A stretch of DNA of 60,915 bases. It comes from Macrostomum lignano (taxonomy: Eukaryota). Made by a program: the position numbers and the translations under genes. The notes beneath the pieces are model-generated. The model did not search any database. It was not told the DNA's origin and worked only from the letters and a program-made list of their open reading frames with translations. Of the stretch, positions 12,176-26,200 are shown in pieces; the stretch's first letter is position 1; the number at the start of each line of letters is the position of its first letter. The stretch spans positions 1-60,915 of the forward strand of contig NIVC01004093.1 in the NCBI GenBank assembly GCA_002269645.1, given 5' to 3'.

Positions 12176-13586
12176 ATGGCAAGAACAGAATACTAAACCT
12201 AATTAAACAACCCCAAGTAAAGTCAGTGAAAGCTAGTTAACATCATAGAAAACCCAAGTAAATAAAGCAATGCCTGGGATTTTATTTAAGCAACTGTAAA
12301 AATTATTTGTTATTAAATAAGATAAGATATGATTGATTATTACAATAACCAACAGAAAAGTTATATCACAATAAGCTAGACATTCTGTCGCATGATAAAG
12401 GTAGATTATTAATAATAATTGAGGTGGTAAAGATTTCAAATAATACTTATACAATAATAGAGGCTGTCTAAGCCACAGAGTTAGTGGAGTTAGCAATTTT
12501 GGTGGAGAAAAAAGGTAGCTAAGTGTTAGAGAAGGAATGTGCATGAGAATACGAATATGCAGAATTTACACTGGATTTTTTAAGCCATACCGCATACCAA
12601 AAAAGACAAAAAGGCTTAGCTAGATTGAGACAAAAATCCATTTAGCAAGCCATCGACGATACACACTACTTATCAAGCCAGTAGTATAGTTAGTACTATA
12701 CATAGTTAAATAAAAAATAATATCAGCGGCCATTAGGAAATGAGCAAAACAAAGGTTTGTATTTTGCAATATGCCTACTAAAAGTAGGGTGCAGGAGACG
12801 TTTTGGAAAAAAATAGTAGGTACTTTTCTATGCATATCAATGGCTTATTTAATAACAAAACAATGTCAAACAAAAAATGTACTTCCTAGGAAAAAATAGA
12901 AAAAAAACCATTGATTATAGCAACTTGTGCCAGTCGCAGACTGATATAAACTTACAAGCAAAGTCGTATATTTGTATAAATTTCTGACAGATTAACATTG
13001 TAGTGGCAAACTGCTTTGATGCGTAACATACATATTTTTGTTTGTCAACAAATAGAGCTCCAAAGATGGAACAGATTCTAATAAACATTTCAGTTTTAAT
13101 GAGTACTAAAGTAGCTGATTACAATGTAAAACACATGGACTTTTAAATCCGAAAACAACTGGAATGGATGGAAACAGACAACTATAAAGTAGATAATAGA
13201 AAATACAACGTTTGAATGGAAATTATAGTTTAATTTGATTTTCTATTTACCAGCTATTTTTCATTAGTTGAAGGCTTATATTTTGGAAGGTTTTGTATTT
13301 TATTATGGGACAAAAAAGTCCCGCTAAGAAAAAAAGTACATTGGAAGATTTGCTACTTTACGGGATTATCTCATCTAACCAATTTGACTTCATAAAGCAA
13401 ATATAGGCTTTCAAATACGTTTTTTCACTTTAAAACATTAGTATCAATGAGCGTAGTTTACAGTTAGTTAAAAAAGGAAGCAAAACCTACTACTATAATG
13501 CTGCATTATCTGTACACGCGAAACAACATCTTGTCACTTCATCAATCTTCTTTGTTCACCTATTTATAATTGACCCATGTGCAAGT

Positions 13587-14303
13587 TCAAATAACAGACG
13601 ACAAAGATCTGCCAGGCGGTGTGGGCATCATCAATTCGTCAGTTGACTTGCCAGCTGACATAGGGAAAGCGTACTCTCTCTGTATCATCAATTCGCGATC
13701 TAATTTCACCTGCGGCACCATGAAACAGGCGGTGAAAAAGCAGAAGATCACTGATAGCACAGCCAGACCAAAGCTCCAAGATGGCCAGTTGAGCTCAGGA
13801 TTCGGTAGCCAATACGGATCTAAGCACTTTGAGCCGAATACGATGATGCCAACGCCTAGCAGGGTGCCAATAAACAGCATAGCATAGGCCAAGACTTGGC
13901 TCAACAGAGCTCGCCTCTCAGGATTATTAACGCACCTGACAACATAGATGACGCACAGGATCAGAGCGCCAATATGCAGCATCAGGCCGAACGTGATGCA
14001 GAACTGTACAAATCTAAACCAAGGCGGCATCAGGTAGTTTCGAATAGGATAAAATTCTGGAGCAAACGACCACCAACAGCCGAAATAGGAGCGCATCTCG
14101 GGGTCTAGGCGATGCACTAAGCCATCTAGGCAGAATTCCCACAGTCCCAGCCTATCCATAGGCGTGTGCACCCTTGGCCAGCTCTGCAGCCAGAAAGGCG
14201 TCACAAATGACAATAAAACGCATACGAAACTGAACACTGCACAGAATAGCGCCGCTCTTGCATAGCCGGACACCAACTGCTGCTTCTCGGAGTTGATCGA
14301 CAT
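13587..14303 (-). CDS. Invertebrate claudin-like tetraspan protein (PMP22/claudin superfamily, Megatrachea/Kune-like), intronless
   Basis: 238-aa ORF with four hydrophobic helices, a W-x-GLWEFC...C extracellular loop 1 signature, and a C-terminal SSVI PDZ-type motif. Confidence 0.8.
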   Translation of the reverse strand: MSINSEKQQLVSGYARAALFCAVFSFVCVLLSFVTPFWLQSWPRVHTPMDRLGLWEFCLDGLVHRLDPEMRSYFGCWWSFAPEFYPIRNYLMPPWFRFVQFCITFGLMLHIGALILCVIYVVRCVNNPERRALLSQVLAYAMLFIGTLLGVGIIVFGSKCLDPYWLPNPELNWPSWSFGLAVLSVIFCFFTACFMVPQVKLDRELMIQREYAFPMSAGKSTDELMMPTPPGRSLSSVI

Positions 14304-17300
14304 TTCATCAACTGTCTGTTGTTAATTGGATAGTTACAACCTGTGCTTCTGTTTTGATAGTATCTCTAATTACATGCAATAATGAGGCAATTGTTGTGTT
14401 AAATTTTCTTTCAACTATTTATAACCTGAATTGACAAAAGGAAACACGTGATCTGCTAGAGAGAGACAAGATGTGTTCACAATAATAGAAATTTCTTTTG
14501 TAGTTTCTTTTTTGCTAATGTGGCCAAATCTAGCTTATCCCACAGATATTAGAATAACTAGATATGTCACTCGGAATTAAAATTGTGAAAAAGTAGAGCC
14601 TCTACTCTCTTTTCAGCAGTTGTCTGCGCTAATGTAATTTTAATTTGATAGTAGAAGGTAAAATTCCTTTCCTTCCTCAGGGCTTGCGGCCTCAAGAGCA
14701 TATGGGGTTAAGAATGAACAAGCATTTGTTAACTCAATGTACACAAATGAACGCAAGACGGACAAAACTCAGCCTAGGGGGAGGGGGGAGGGCCAAGCTA
14801 GCTCAGCCAATGAGAGAGCAGTAGAGAGATGTCTGGGCGCCAGCACTAATTCGAAAATTTTACATTTTTATAGTTTTCTATAGTCTTAAATCTTAAATTC
14901 ATTTATTTTTGAACTGGTAAAACTCAGCAGACATGCTTATTTAATTAGCCTGCTTGTAGAATAAGGCACATACAAATTTTGCAGCTTTAAAAACTTAAAA
15001 TTTTGTTTAAAAGTAGATAAATTTTAATTTCACTTTTATAAAGGCAAAAAATGCTTATTTTGCTACTGAAAAAAAGAGTAGAGAAACGCATTTTTTGCGA
15101 GTGACAAATCTAGTTATTCTAGTATATGTGGCTTATCCTAAACTTAAAATTGCATTTTTTAATTCCCCTAGGATATATTATTTTCTTGGCATTAAACTCA
15201 GATGTTATATACTTAAATATTCATATAGGAAGAATCAAACAACCCCTCTACAGTTCAATATATCAATTGAAAGTTATAATGTCAAACTTTCATAATGTCA
15301 AATATAAGACTAAAACATCAGTTTGTTAAAAAATTCTTGCAAGGCCTTTTCACAAGACCAAATTATATCATATTACTAAAAAATAAAAATTATGCTATAA
15401 TTTCAAAGGTTGCATATGTATGGCATGGTAACTAAACTACTGCATAGGCTTTTTGGGATAGCTCAAGCATAACTATAACTTTTAAGTCTAACAATTTCCT
15501 AGGATGGGGAAACCAATGCTTTTCCTAACTATTAATGGTAGGGTTCCTAAATCCTGGACATTTTACAATCCTGGGATCTTGGACAAAAATTGACCCAATC
15601 CCGGGATCCCAGGCCAATCCCAGGATTGAACAAACAAATTTACGGGAAGCTTTCCATTGTCCACAAAACAATTTCTCAACCAATTTGAGCATCATTTGGG
15701 TTTCTACTTTCTATTTCTAGCTTGTATGAGAACTGCATTGATAAAATAGTTGAAGTTAGTTGTTAGTTGTACATACATATTAAACTGCTCTCTAAACTTT
15801 GACCATCACATGCACAATAAGCTGAATTAATTGAGAATCAACAACTTCTGTGTCACAAGTTTAACAAGTTCAAAAGATCTAGTTGGTTATTATTTTTTTG
15901 ATGAAAAAAGGCTGCAAAACCCCTTTTTCATATATTTTTTGTGAAATTAATGTACCAACCTTTGACTGTCACACTCGTGGAAATAGCCTATAACTGTTTA
16001 CTATGCATACTGCACTTTCTATAAAAGGTTTGGATATGTCTTAATTTTGACATTATTGGGTCAGATGAATGCTTGAATTAAATTTGCAATCTACAATGAC
16101 TCAGTCAAAACAGGGTAGGAAAGAAACAACTTGGAAGGTGGGTCAGAGATTTATTACCTTAACACTAAAGTCTAGACTAGGCACTGCTAGGGCATAGACA
16201 GGATACTAGACATACCATAATCACAATTAGTGAATCGATCTATATAAATTGATAATAAGCCAATAAACTTATATAGAAAACAAAAGGCAAATCTAATTCT
16301 ACTCCCATTTAACTCCCCCCTTCTCTGTATGTTTGTCACTTTAGCCAACACCTCCTTCTTTCTTCCCAGTCTCTTAATGTTTGCCACTTTAAACCTTCTT
16401 TCTTACTCTCTCTTCTAATGGAGTTTTATGGGTTTGCCTCACCACCTAAACTTGTGAGATCTACTGATCACCCTCCCTTTCATTATTTGACTCTGAACAA
16501 CCAAGTTGGCAACCTCCAAACACCAAAACCAAAAACCTAGTTTTGTGCATAGCTTTATATATTTATATTGATTAAAAATGAATCAAGTTGAAATGCTTGC
16601 CAGGGGCATTCTTGTTGTGCCTGCTTTCAGCTGCTACTGGCAGATTACCAAATAACCATGGCACAGCTTCAAGAGGCTCTGGGCGTTGGGGCCAACCAGG
16701 TGCAGAGCATCCTGCACAAACACCTGCATGTCTAGAAGCTCTGCATCTGATGGGTGCCTCATTTGCTCACATAGCTGCAGAAGGCACCTTGCATACAGTG
16801 GTGCCATCAGATGCTCACTGACTTCAATGGGGGCACTAGTTGTGACATTCTAGACATTGTCACAGCCAATGAGACATGGATCTACCAGGATTCTATCTAG
16901 ATGTCTCCAATTGGGGGGGGGGCAAAGATTGCTAGTCTTTGATGCTATTAGCATCAATTTGCATAGAAAAACCTAGAACTTAACCAATATTTATTTTGCT
17001 ATTGAAGTTTATTCTGTATAAATTTTTATACTTTATGTTGCTTTTTGTCTTTTGTTTTTGTTAAATTTGAATATCAATGCAAATATCAAAGGGAAAATAA
17101 ATGAATATTATAAGCTAGCTGCCTAGCTATTAGACATAATTCATGACAAAAATGAATATCTAAAAAATAAAGCAAAAAATCAAAAATTAGTTCCAATATC
17201 CTTGTTTTATAAAACCTTATTTGGCAATTCACTATTTATATATATATATATACGAGTGGAACTCCTCTTTTGGAGAAGAAAGGGGAAGAAATCCCATCAC

Positions 17301-17409
17301 CGGAATACCATTCCCTGAAAAATCCATCAACTAAAATTCCATGTCTTGAACCCTATCTTCAAAATCGTCTCCAAATTCTTTACAAAACCTTTGAAAGACC
17401 ATAGCTCAA

Positions 17410-18460
17410 AGACTCTCATGTCTCTCATATATCCTCTCTCCTCTCTTCGCTATTATTGTGACTCTCTTCTCTCTCCTCTCTCATCTCATCTCTACCCCTA
17501 CTCCCTTATTTATCTCTTTTCCCTCGTCTTTCGTCTGCACCCTTTCCTGTCTCCTGTCTCCTCTCTTCTCTCATATCTTTCCTCTTCACTTCTGTCTCCT
17601 GTCTCCTCTCTTCTCTCTTATCTCTCTTCTCTCATATGTCATCTCTACTCACTTATCTATCGTCTCTTTTAACCCTCTCTCTCTGTTCTCTTCTCTCTGC
17701 TCTCATTTCTTATATCTCATACGCTCTCACACTCTACTTTCTTGTCTCCCATCTTTCTTTCCCCCTTACCACTATCCCCTCTCTTCTCTTTTCTCTTTTC
17801 TATTCCCTCCATTCTCTCTTCTCTCCTCTCCTTTCTCTTTTCATCTTCTCCCTTCTCTTCTCTAATCTCTAATCTTTTCTCTCCTATGTTCCCACTCATC
17901 TCTTCTCATTGCATTTCTTATCTCTTTTCTCCTCTCCTCACTACTTAACTCTCTTAACTCTCTCATCTCTGATCTTTCATCTCTCTCCTCTCTCCTCGCT
18001 CTCTCTCCTTTCGCTTCTCTCTCCTCTCTCTCCTCTTATCTCTACTACCTTATTTATATCTTCTCCCTGGTCTTTCGTCTCTACTCTCTCCTGTCTCCTT
18101 TCTCCCTTCTTTTCTCCTCTTTCTCTCTCCCCTCCTCTCTCATCTCCCATCTCCCATCCTTCATCTCACTCTTTCTTTCTCCTCTCCTCTCCCCTCTCTT
18201 CTATTTCCTCTATACGCTCTTATCCTTCATCTATTCTCTCTCCTAGCATCTCTCTTGTCTCTCTCTGCTATCTTATATCTCCTATCTCATCTCCTCTCTC
18301 CTTTTCTCTTCTGTCCCCCTCTTCATTCCCGCCTCACTCCCCTCCTGTCCCCCTCTTCATTCCCGCCTCACTCCCCTCCTCTCTCCAATCTGTCATCTCT
18401 CCTCTCTTTTCTATTGTCCCCTCTCTCTTCTATTTCACTCTTCTATCTACTCTCTTATCT
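17410..18460. repeat. Polypyrimidine low-complexity tract
   Basis: Strongly C/T-biased plus strand. Confidence 0.85.
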
Positions 18461-19472
18461 GACTGATGGAAGGTACCGAATTCATTGAACTCCATGAAAC
18501 AAAAATCTATCAAAATTCTCTCCAAAAAACAAATCCTCTCCGTGAAACTAGACTAAATTGAAATTTTCTCTCTAAAAAAACTCAACTCTCAGAATTCATT
18601 GGTTAGGGACCTTAGGGTTAGGTTTAGAGAGCTGCACAGAGCTGCATGTTGAAAGATGCTGATGCCTGATATTAAAAAATTGAACTAATTAAAGCAATAG
18701 ATTGCACAACCAATTTTTCAGTCAGTGTCATGGTCTTAGTTAAAGTTAACAATATCGTTGCGCAACCTAAATCACCCTTCAATACAGAGCGACTGACCCC
18801 CCTCCAATACACAGCGGCAGTTAAAAGTTGAAGTTGAACCCCACAACTTTATCTATTACATCTCCCAAAAATAAGTACAATTTTTGCAGAAAATTAAAAG
18901 CATGAAAACCATTTTCTTAATTCTAAGCTTTCTGTTTCCATATTTAAAGCAAACAACTTATATCCCTGAACTCAGCGTTGCAAGATCTTTCCAGCAATAT
19001 AAGTCTTTCCTTTCAAAGTTTTAAACTCGAGGAACAGTTAGCCTTTGAAATTTACCAATTTCCCAGCTACTTGCTAGAGATAGAGAAGCTCGCAAGTTTA
19101 TTCATTGAATTTCACTGCCAAACTAATACACAGGGCTGCCTATGGAAAAAAGGCGCCCATAATAAAACCAATTGACTCTTGACACAGTCCTATCTATCTG
19201 TTTACACTGTACAACTGCTATGTACACTCAGCCCAAGCTTAACCCCCGTTCTGGGGGAAGCATTAAATTTAACTCAACACGCTGTGGTTTTATTTGCATT
19301 GAATGCAGAACATGCGAACCCACCATCCCTCAACTCACAGCCTGCGGGCGGAGGCTAGGGTGGCTATTTTCTTCAAACTGGCTACAGCCCCAGGCAGAGT
19401 AGCCAAAGAAGGTTATTGAGGTTAAAAAAGCAGTTTTCTGCTTGTTTAGGATGTTAAAATGTGAAAATTAAA

Positions 19473-22067
19473 AATTAAATAGCCTAAAGCCTGCTCTGGA
19501 AAATTTGCAGTTTTCCCATAAGTTTTGATGCTGACTTGGCAGAATTGTAGGAATTCACTTGCAACATACAGACAAACAACACATGAGTTTTAGTATAAAG
19601 ATATTTATGTATAGTATAATATATAAATATATGTATAAAAATATCACTAAGTCCAAAGTAATTGCCAAAATTTCTTGTCACCAAAACAATTATTAATTAA
19701 AGTTTATTACTTTGACTTGACTTCATAGGCAAAGGAAGGTTTCAAAAATGGGAGTCAGGTTAAGTGACAAATTTAGGGGGAGGGGGTGCATAGGGCATCC
19801 CCATCAAGTTAGATTTTATATAGAAAATGCACACTATCATGTATCGATTATTTTCATAATCTATCTTTCAGTAAAGGTCAAATAGGATCCCAATTCCAAT
19901 CTCAAAATCTTGAGATCCTAAGGAAAATTGGATTTCTATAGGACCAAGATCCTGATCCTAAAAAACATGAGAATTAGGAACAGGTCTTTTGATTAAAAAA
20001 TTATAGAATGAGTGATTACCTGAATGTATTTTGTTTTAACTTGTACTCATTCTATATTATTTTGTTGGTTACAAAACTTTGTATTGATTTTGTTAGGGTC
20101 TATGTTATACTTTTTGATCTTGACATTTTTGCTCAATTTTGTTTAACTTGATATGGACCTACAAACTACAATAAACTAAAAGACCTTAATCCCAATTCTT
20201 GAATCCCAATCCAATCCCAAAAAAATTATTCTCAATCTTGATCCTGTCCTACTTAAACTAAGATTATAATCCCATTATTTTATAAAAAATTGTATGTACT
20301 CCTTTTATAAAGCACCACGGGCACTCATTTTGGCACTACAGGCACTCATTTTGGTGCTGCAGCTGCAGGCACTTATTTTGGCATTGCAGACACGTATTTT
20401 GTACTGCAAACACTAGGCCCTATGTTCCGTTGCCTTATACTTATAGTAAAATGCATTTACGCAAAGACAAAATAACAAAAATAAAAAATAATCAAAGTAT
20501 ACATTTTACATTTAAAATGTGGAAGGGCCAGATACTATTAATGCCCCCCCATTTTAAAAAGTGGGAGGCCATGGCCTCACTGTCTCCCCTATTCCTATAT
20601 CTATGTTTGACTTGACATAGTATAATAGGTTAAGGTTACTGCACTGCAGTGAGTAATAGTTAGTCCCAGAGTATCATTGTATCTGTTTTGTATCTGACAT
20701 TGGTGCTTAATGAATATGAGGCCTAGGGAGTTTATTTTTAAACATTACTGATAAATTAAAATAGCCTAAAGCCTGCTCTGGAAAATTTGCAGTTTTCCCA
20801 TAAGTTTTGATGCTGACTTGGCAGAATTGTAGGAATTCACTTGCAACATACAGACAAACAACACATGAGTTTTAGTATAAAGATATATATATATATATAT
20901 ATATATATAAATGTATAGTATAATATATAAATATATGTATAAAAATATCACTAAGTCCAAAGTAATTGCCAAAATTTCTTGTCACCAAAACAATTATTAA
21001 TTAAAGTTTATTACTTTGACTTGACTTCATAGGCAAAGGAAGGTTTCAATAAATGGGAAGTCAGGTTAAGTGACAAATTTAGGGGGAGGGGGTGCATAGG
21101 GCATCCCCATCAAGTTAGATTTTATATAGAAAATGCACACTATCATGTATCGATTATTTTCATAATCTATCTTATCAGTAAAGGTCAAATAGGATCCCAA
21201 TTCCAATCTCAAAATCTTGAGATCCTAAGGAAAATTGGATTTCTATAGGACCAAGATCCTGATCCTAAAAAACATGAGAATTAGGAACAGGTCTTTTGAT
21301 TAAAAAATTATAGAATGAGTGATTACCTGAATGTATTTTGTTTTAACTTGTACTCATTCTATTATTATTTTGTTGGTTACAAAACTTTGTATTGATTTTG
21401 TTAGGGTCTATGTTATACTTTTTGATCTTGACATTTTTGCTCAATTTTGTTTAACTTGATATGGACCTACAAACTACAATAAACTAAAAGACCTTAATCC
21501 CAATTCTTGAATCCCAATCCAATCCCAAAAAAAATTATTCTCAATCTTGATCCTGTCCTACTTAAACTAAGATTATAATCCCATTATTTTATAAAAAATT
21601 GCATGTACTCCTTTTATAAAGCACCACGGGCACTCATTTTGGCACTACAGGCACTCATTTTGGTGCTGCAGCTGCAGGCACTTATTTTGGCATTGCAGAC
21701 ACTTATTTTGTACTGCAAACACTAGGCCCTATGTTCCGTTGCCTTATACTTATAGTAAAATGCATTTACGCAAAGACAAAATAACAAAAATAAAAAATAA
21801 TCAAAGTATACATTTTACATTTAAAATGTGGAAGGGCCAGATACCATTAATGTCCCCCCCCCCATTTTAAAAAGTGGGAGGCCATGGCCTCACTGTCTCC
21901 CCTATTCCTATATCTATGTTTGACTTGACATAGTATAATAGGTTAAGGTTACTAGCACTGCAGTGAGTAATAGTTAGTCCCAGAGTATCATTGTATCTGT
22001 TTTGTATCTGACATTGGTGCTTAATGAATATGAGGCCTAGGGAGTTTATTTTTAAACATTACTGATA
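19473..22067. repeat. ~1.3-kb tandem duplication
   Basis: 19473-20753 and 20754-22067 differ mostly by homopolymer/short indels and (TA)n length. Confidence 0.93.
19724..20605. mobile_element. hAT-like MITE (second copy at 21028-21918 within the tandem duplication)
   Basis: Ends CATAGGCAAAGGAA / TTCCTATATCTATG with an 8-bp TSD CTTGACTT/TTTGACTT. Confidence 0.6.
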
Positions 22068-22641
22068 TTACACTGATAATAACTCATTACATTAGGCCTA
22101 GCTTTAGCTACAAAACTCAAGACTTAAGCCAAGGGGTACCACTTGTACCAGTCATTTGACTCATTTTGTCAAATGACTTAAGTTAGGAATCAGGATGCAA
22201 ATTATGTTATTTTATTTATAAAAATTGATGCTTTCAGTTTCACATTTTCCTGCCAGGGCTGCCCCGCTACTAACACCATTCCAATAGTTCTTTGCAATGT
22301 CAAATGCATGCATAGGGCCTATCATTTGACGCGTCCTTTTATACTTTTTAAGCTGTCTGAGTGGCTGGTGCATAGCAGTATAAAGCTGAAGCTACTGTAC
22401 TGTACAGTACAGTACACTGAGTCTGAGTACAGTCCGGTCCGACTGACTGGACTTCCTTCAAGTTTAAAAAAACAGAATCAAAACAGTTTGCTAGGTTTTA
22501 GCTTTTTTAATAAATTTTATTTAATACAGTGTAATTGTTAATAAAAAATAAAAGATAAATGTGCTTTTACGTATAAAAAGAAAGCAGAAAAAAGTATTTG
22601 TTGTATCGCCTAATAATGTCCAATGTTTTAAATTGGACTGG

Positions 22642-22978
22642 TGTAGCCGCGTATTCTTGAGTTTGAACTGCCGGGACTTCTTTAGTCAGAGAAAAACTTG
22701 ATTTATTTGCGTTCCAGCTTGCTTGATTAAATAGACTGACCGCGATGGGGGAGGGCAGGGTGAAAAACGCAGCTTAGAAAATCCTAACCAATCGGATTTC
22801 GCCGATAGGGTAGGCACTAAGCACTCTATTGGTTGGGGCTCGTTATTCACGCGTTTTCAGCCAATCAGAAACAAAAAGAAATTTCTAGAAAAGGCTATAC
22901 GCAGGGGTGGGGTGACGCAGAAAGAAATACGGAGAAAACACTAGAAGTGCACGCGCACGCAAATTGAGCACTATTACA
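22642..22978 (-). repeat. 3' LTR (337 bp)
   Basis: Direct repeat of 28562-28898; no differences seen by eye. Confidence 0.95.
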
Positions 22979-23234
22979 AAAGCTCCCCTTTCAACAGTTT
23001 AATGTCCTCATTAAACCCAAGGGGTGGAAACGACAGATGAAAGCTACTCCAATAGGGAAGAACAGAACCAGCTGTAGCAAATAGAACAATTCGAGATAAC
23101 CGGGTTTCGAACAATTAAATCTAAATCAGGATTACTAAGCTAATAGATAGACGCTATTAAAAAGTTCTAGACCTACGACCTATAAAGCAAAACTGCTGGC
23201 TACAACCAGTCAGTCAGTCCTCAACGTGCGTTAG

Positions 23235-26200
23235 TCAGTCCTCAGCGTCAACAAGTTGCCCTTCATCGTCACTACTGGCGTCCTGATCAGCACGCTGAGC
23301 AGACTGGGTCCGTTGCAGACACGCTCGCTTCAACTTGTTGACATGCACGACGCGCCCCTTGATCTCCCCGTCCGTGTAATTGATCGGCCGCACCAAGTAG
23401 TTGACAGGTGATGTCTTGCGCATGACTTTAAATGGGCCTGTCCACGGTGATTGATGCTTCGGAGGCAGACAGTTGGTCCTGGACAGCACAGCAGGCGGAA
23501 CGAACAGCCACACTAGATCGCCGGTGCGAAACTTGCGCTTCTGGGCTTTCAGATCGTAGTACCGCTTCTGCCGTCGTTGAGCCGCGCCAGTTGACCTCCG
23601 CACAGCGTCAAAGGCGTCCTGCAGTCGTTGAATGGTCTCTACTGCGTACTGGCCGACGACGGATGGAGGCTCTGGGGACCGATAGACAACGTCCAATGGC
23701 AGAACCACCTCCCGGCCCGTCATCAGGAAATGTGGGGAAAATCCGGTCGTCGCGCTGATGCTGCTTCGATAGGCTAGGAGACAGTACGGCAGGGCGTCCT
23801 CCCAGTCCAGCGGATCGACAGTTTGAAGGTGGCAGCGCAACATCTGATGGAGTGTCCGATGAAATCTCTCCACGAGGCCGTCACATTGAGGATGATAGCC
23901 CGACGTTCGAGTCTTGTCGACCTCCAATAGTGTACAGAGACTGCGAATGATGCGGCCATCGATGCTCTTGCCGCGGTCGGAGTGGAGAATATGCGGAGCA
24001 CCCCACCTGGAGATCCAGTTGTTGAAGAGGGCCTTGGCAATTGTCGTCGCCTTCTCGTCCGGAATCGGCACCAGCTCCGTCCACTTGCTGAAGTAGTCGA
24101 CGATGCTCAGGATCCGATCGTTGCCGTTTCTGGAAGCGCCGACCTTGACAATGTCGAACCCGACACGCTGCATTGGAAACCCTGCAGTGATGGACTGTAG
24201 CGGCGCCCGCTTGATAACCGGAGTCTTTGCCCGCTGGCAAACCTGGCATGACCGAACGGCCAACCGGACGCTCTCCGACATTTTTGGCCAGTAGCAACGC
24301 GTCTTTAGGCTGGCCAGCGTCTTGACTTCGCCCAGGTGGCCGACGTTGTGAATCTCGTCGACAAATTCGCGTTGTCGGCAGCGGGGAATGACGGGTACTG
24401 GCTTTGTGTTGACCAGCCTGTGCAGTGTACCGTTCACGAAACACAAGTCATGCACCTTCTGCGCCAGCACCAGGCTCTCCGGCGGTACTCGGTCGCGTTG
24501 TCGGTCGGTAAACCTAGTCTTGCCGTCGGCCAGCAGTCGGAACACCGGACTGATAACCGGATCCTGCAGCTGAAGCATACGTAGCGTCGGTGGCCTGTTG
24601 TCTGCCGCTGGCGCTGCGGATTCATCTTCGTTGGTGTCGTCCTCGCTGCTGCTGCTTTCTTCGCTGTCGTCCGACCGGGGCTGATGGATTTGCTTGCGCC
24701 TTGATGGCACGGTGCCGACGCAGACATGCACATTGTCGGTCTGAACAGCTTCGTCGGTAGCCGTCGACACTAGCTTGATGGTCGCTGCGTTGATCTGGGC
24801 GGCAGCGGCGGCATCACTGTTGGCGTCGGTCTGGCAGGCAACCGAGGATGTCGTCCTGCTGGTGGTCTCATTTGTTGGTCGACACACCCGACACTGGTTG
24901 GTACAGCGCTGCTGCTGACGGGACAGCGCATCGGCGTTGTTGTGTTGACGGCCCGGCCGATAGAGTACTCTGAAGTCGAACTCGTCTAGCGTCTGCAGCC
25001 ACCGCGCGAGTTGACCTTCGGGCTCCTTGAATGTCAGCAGGTGCGTTAGAGACTGATGATCGACCCGCACGGTGAACTTCCGAGGCAGCAGGTAATTCCG
25101 GAACTTCCTGACATGCTCAACGACGGACAGCAGCTCCCGCCTCGTTACACAGTAGTTGCGCTCGGCTTTTGTTAGTGCTCTGCTGGAGTACGCGATGACT
25201 CGTTCTTCGCCCGCCTGCAGTTGAGAGAGTACCGCACCAATGGCGCAGTCGCTGGCGTCAGTGTCCAGAATGAACTCCGAGCTGGTCGCACTAGTATCCG
25301 GGAAGGCGAGGATTGGAGCAGAGGTCAGTGTTGCCTTCAGTTGGTCGAATGCTTCTTGGGCCTTGGACGTCCACTGAAACCTTTCTGTCGGAACCGTCAG
25401 GCGTCGTAGCGGCTCGGCGATCTTTGAATAATCCCGAATGAACCGTCTATAGTAGGCTGCGAGACCTAGGAAGCTCTTGACCTCCTTGGAAGTTCGGGGT
25501 GTAGGCCAGTCTCGGATCGCAGCAGTCTTTGACTCGTCGACGGTGATACCCGACTTGGAAACTCGATGGCCCAAGACGATCATCGTGGTGTTGGCGAAAT
25601 GGCATTTAGATGGCTTCAAGCGTAGGTTCGCGTCCCGCAGCCGCTCGAACACCGCCCGCAGCCGATAGTTGTGCTCCTCGATAGTCCGGCCCATGACAAT
25701 AACGTCGTCGATGAAGACCAGGCACGCTTGCCAGGTCAGGCCTTGGAGCACCAGCTGCATGAGGCGTTGAAAGGTTGCCGGGGCATTGCGCAGACCAAAC
25801 GGCATGACGTTGAACTCGAAGAGGCCTTGATGGCAGATGAAAGCAGTTTTCTCTTTGTCGCGCTCCTCGACCTCAACCTGCCAGTAGCCACTCTCCAGAT
25901 CGAGTGCCGAGAAGTAGGCGTTGCCTTGCAGCGCATCGAGTGTGTCGTCGATCCTCGGAATTGGAAAAGCGTCCGGCTTGGTGACCTCATTGAGCAGTCG
26001 ATAGTCTAAGCAAAAGCGCGCTGTCCCGTCCTTCTTACGAACAAGCACGATTGGCGAAGCCCAAGGCGATGAAGACGGCCGGATTACTCCTTTGGTCAGC
26101 ATGTCGTCGATCAATTCGGCCTGCTTGTCGATGACTGGACGCGCTGCACGCCGCAAACCCTGCCGGATCGGCCTTGCCCCGCCGGTGTCGATGCGATGCT

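Noticed and set aside
13570-14108. Plus-strand ORFs opposite the claudin
   Set aside because: Antisense shadows with no homology cues.
18605-18630. TTAGGG-like telomeric motif
   Set aside because: Only one or two units; chance occurrence.
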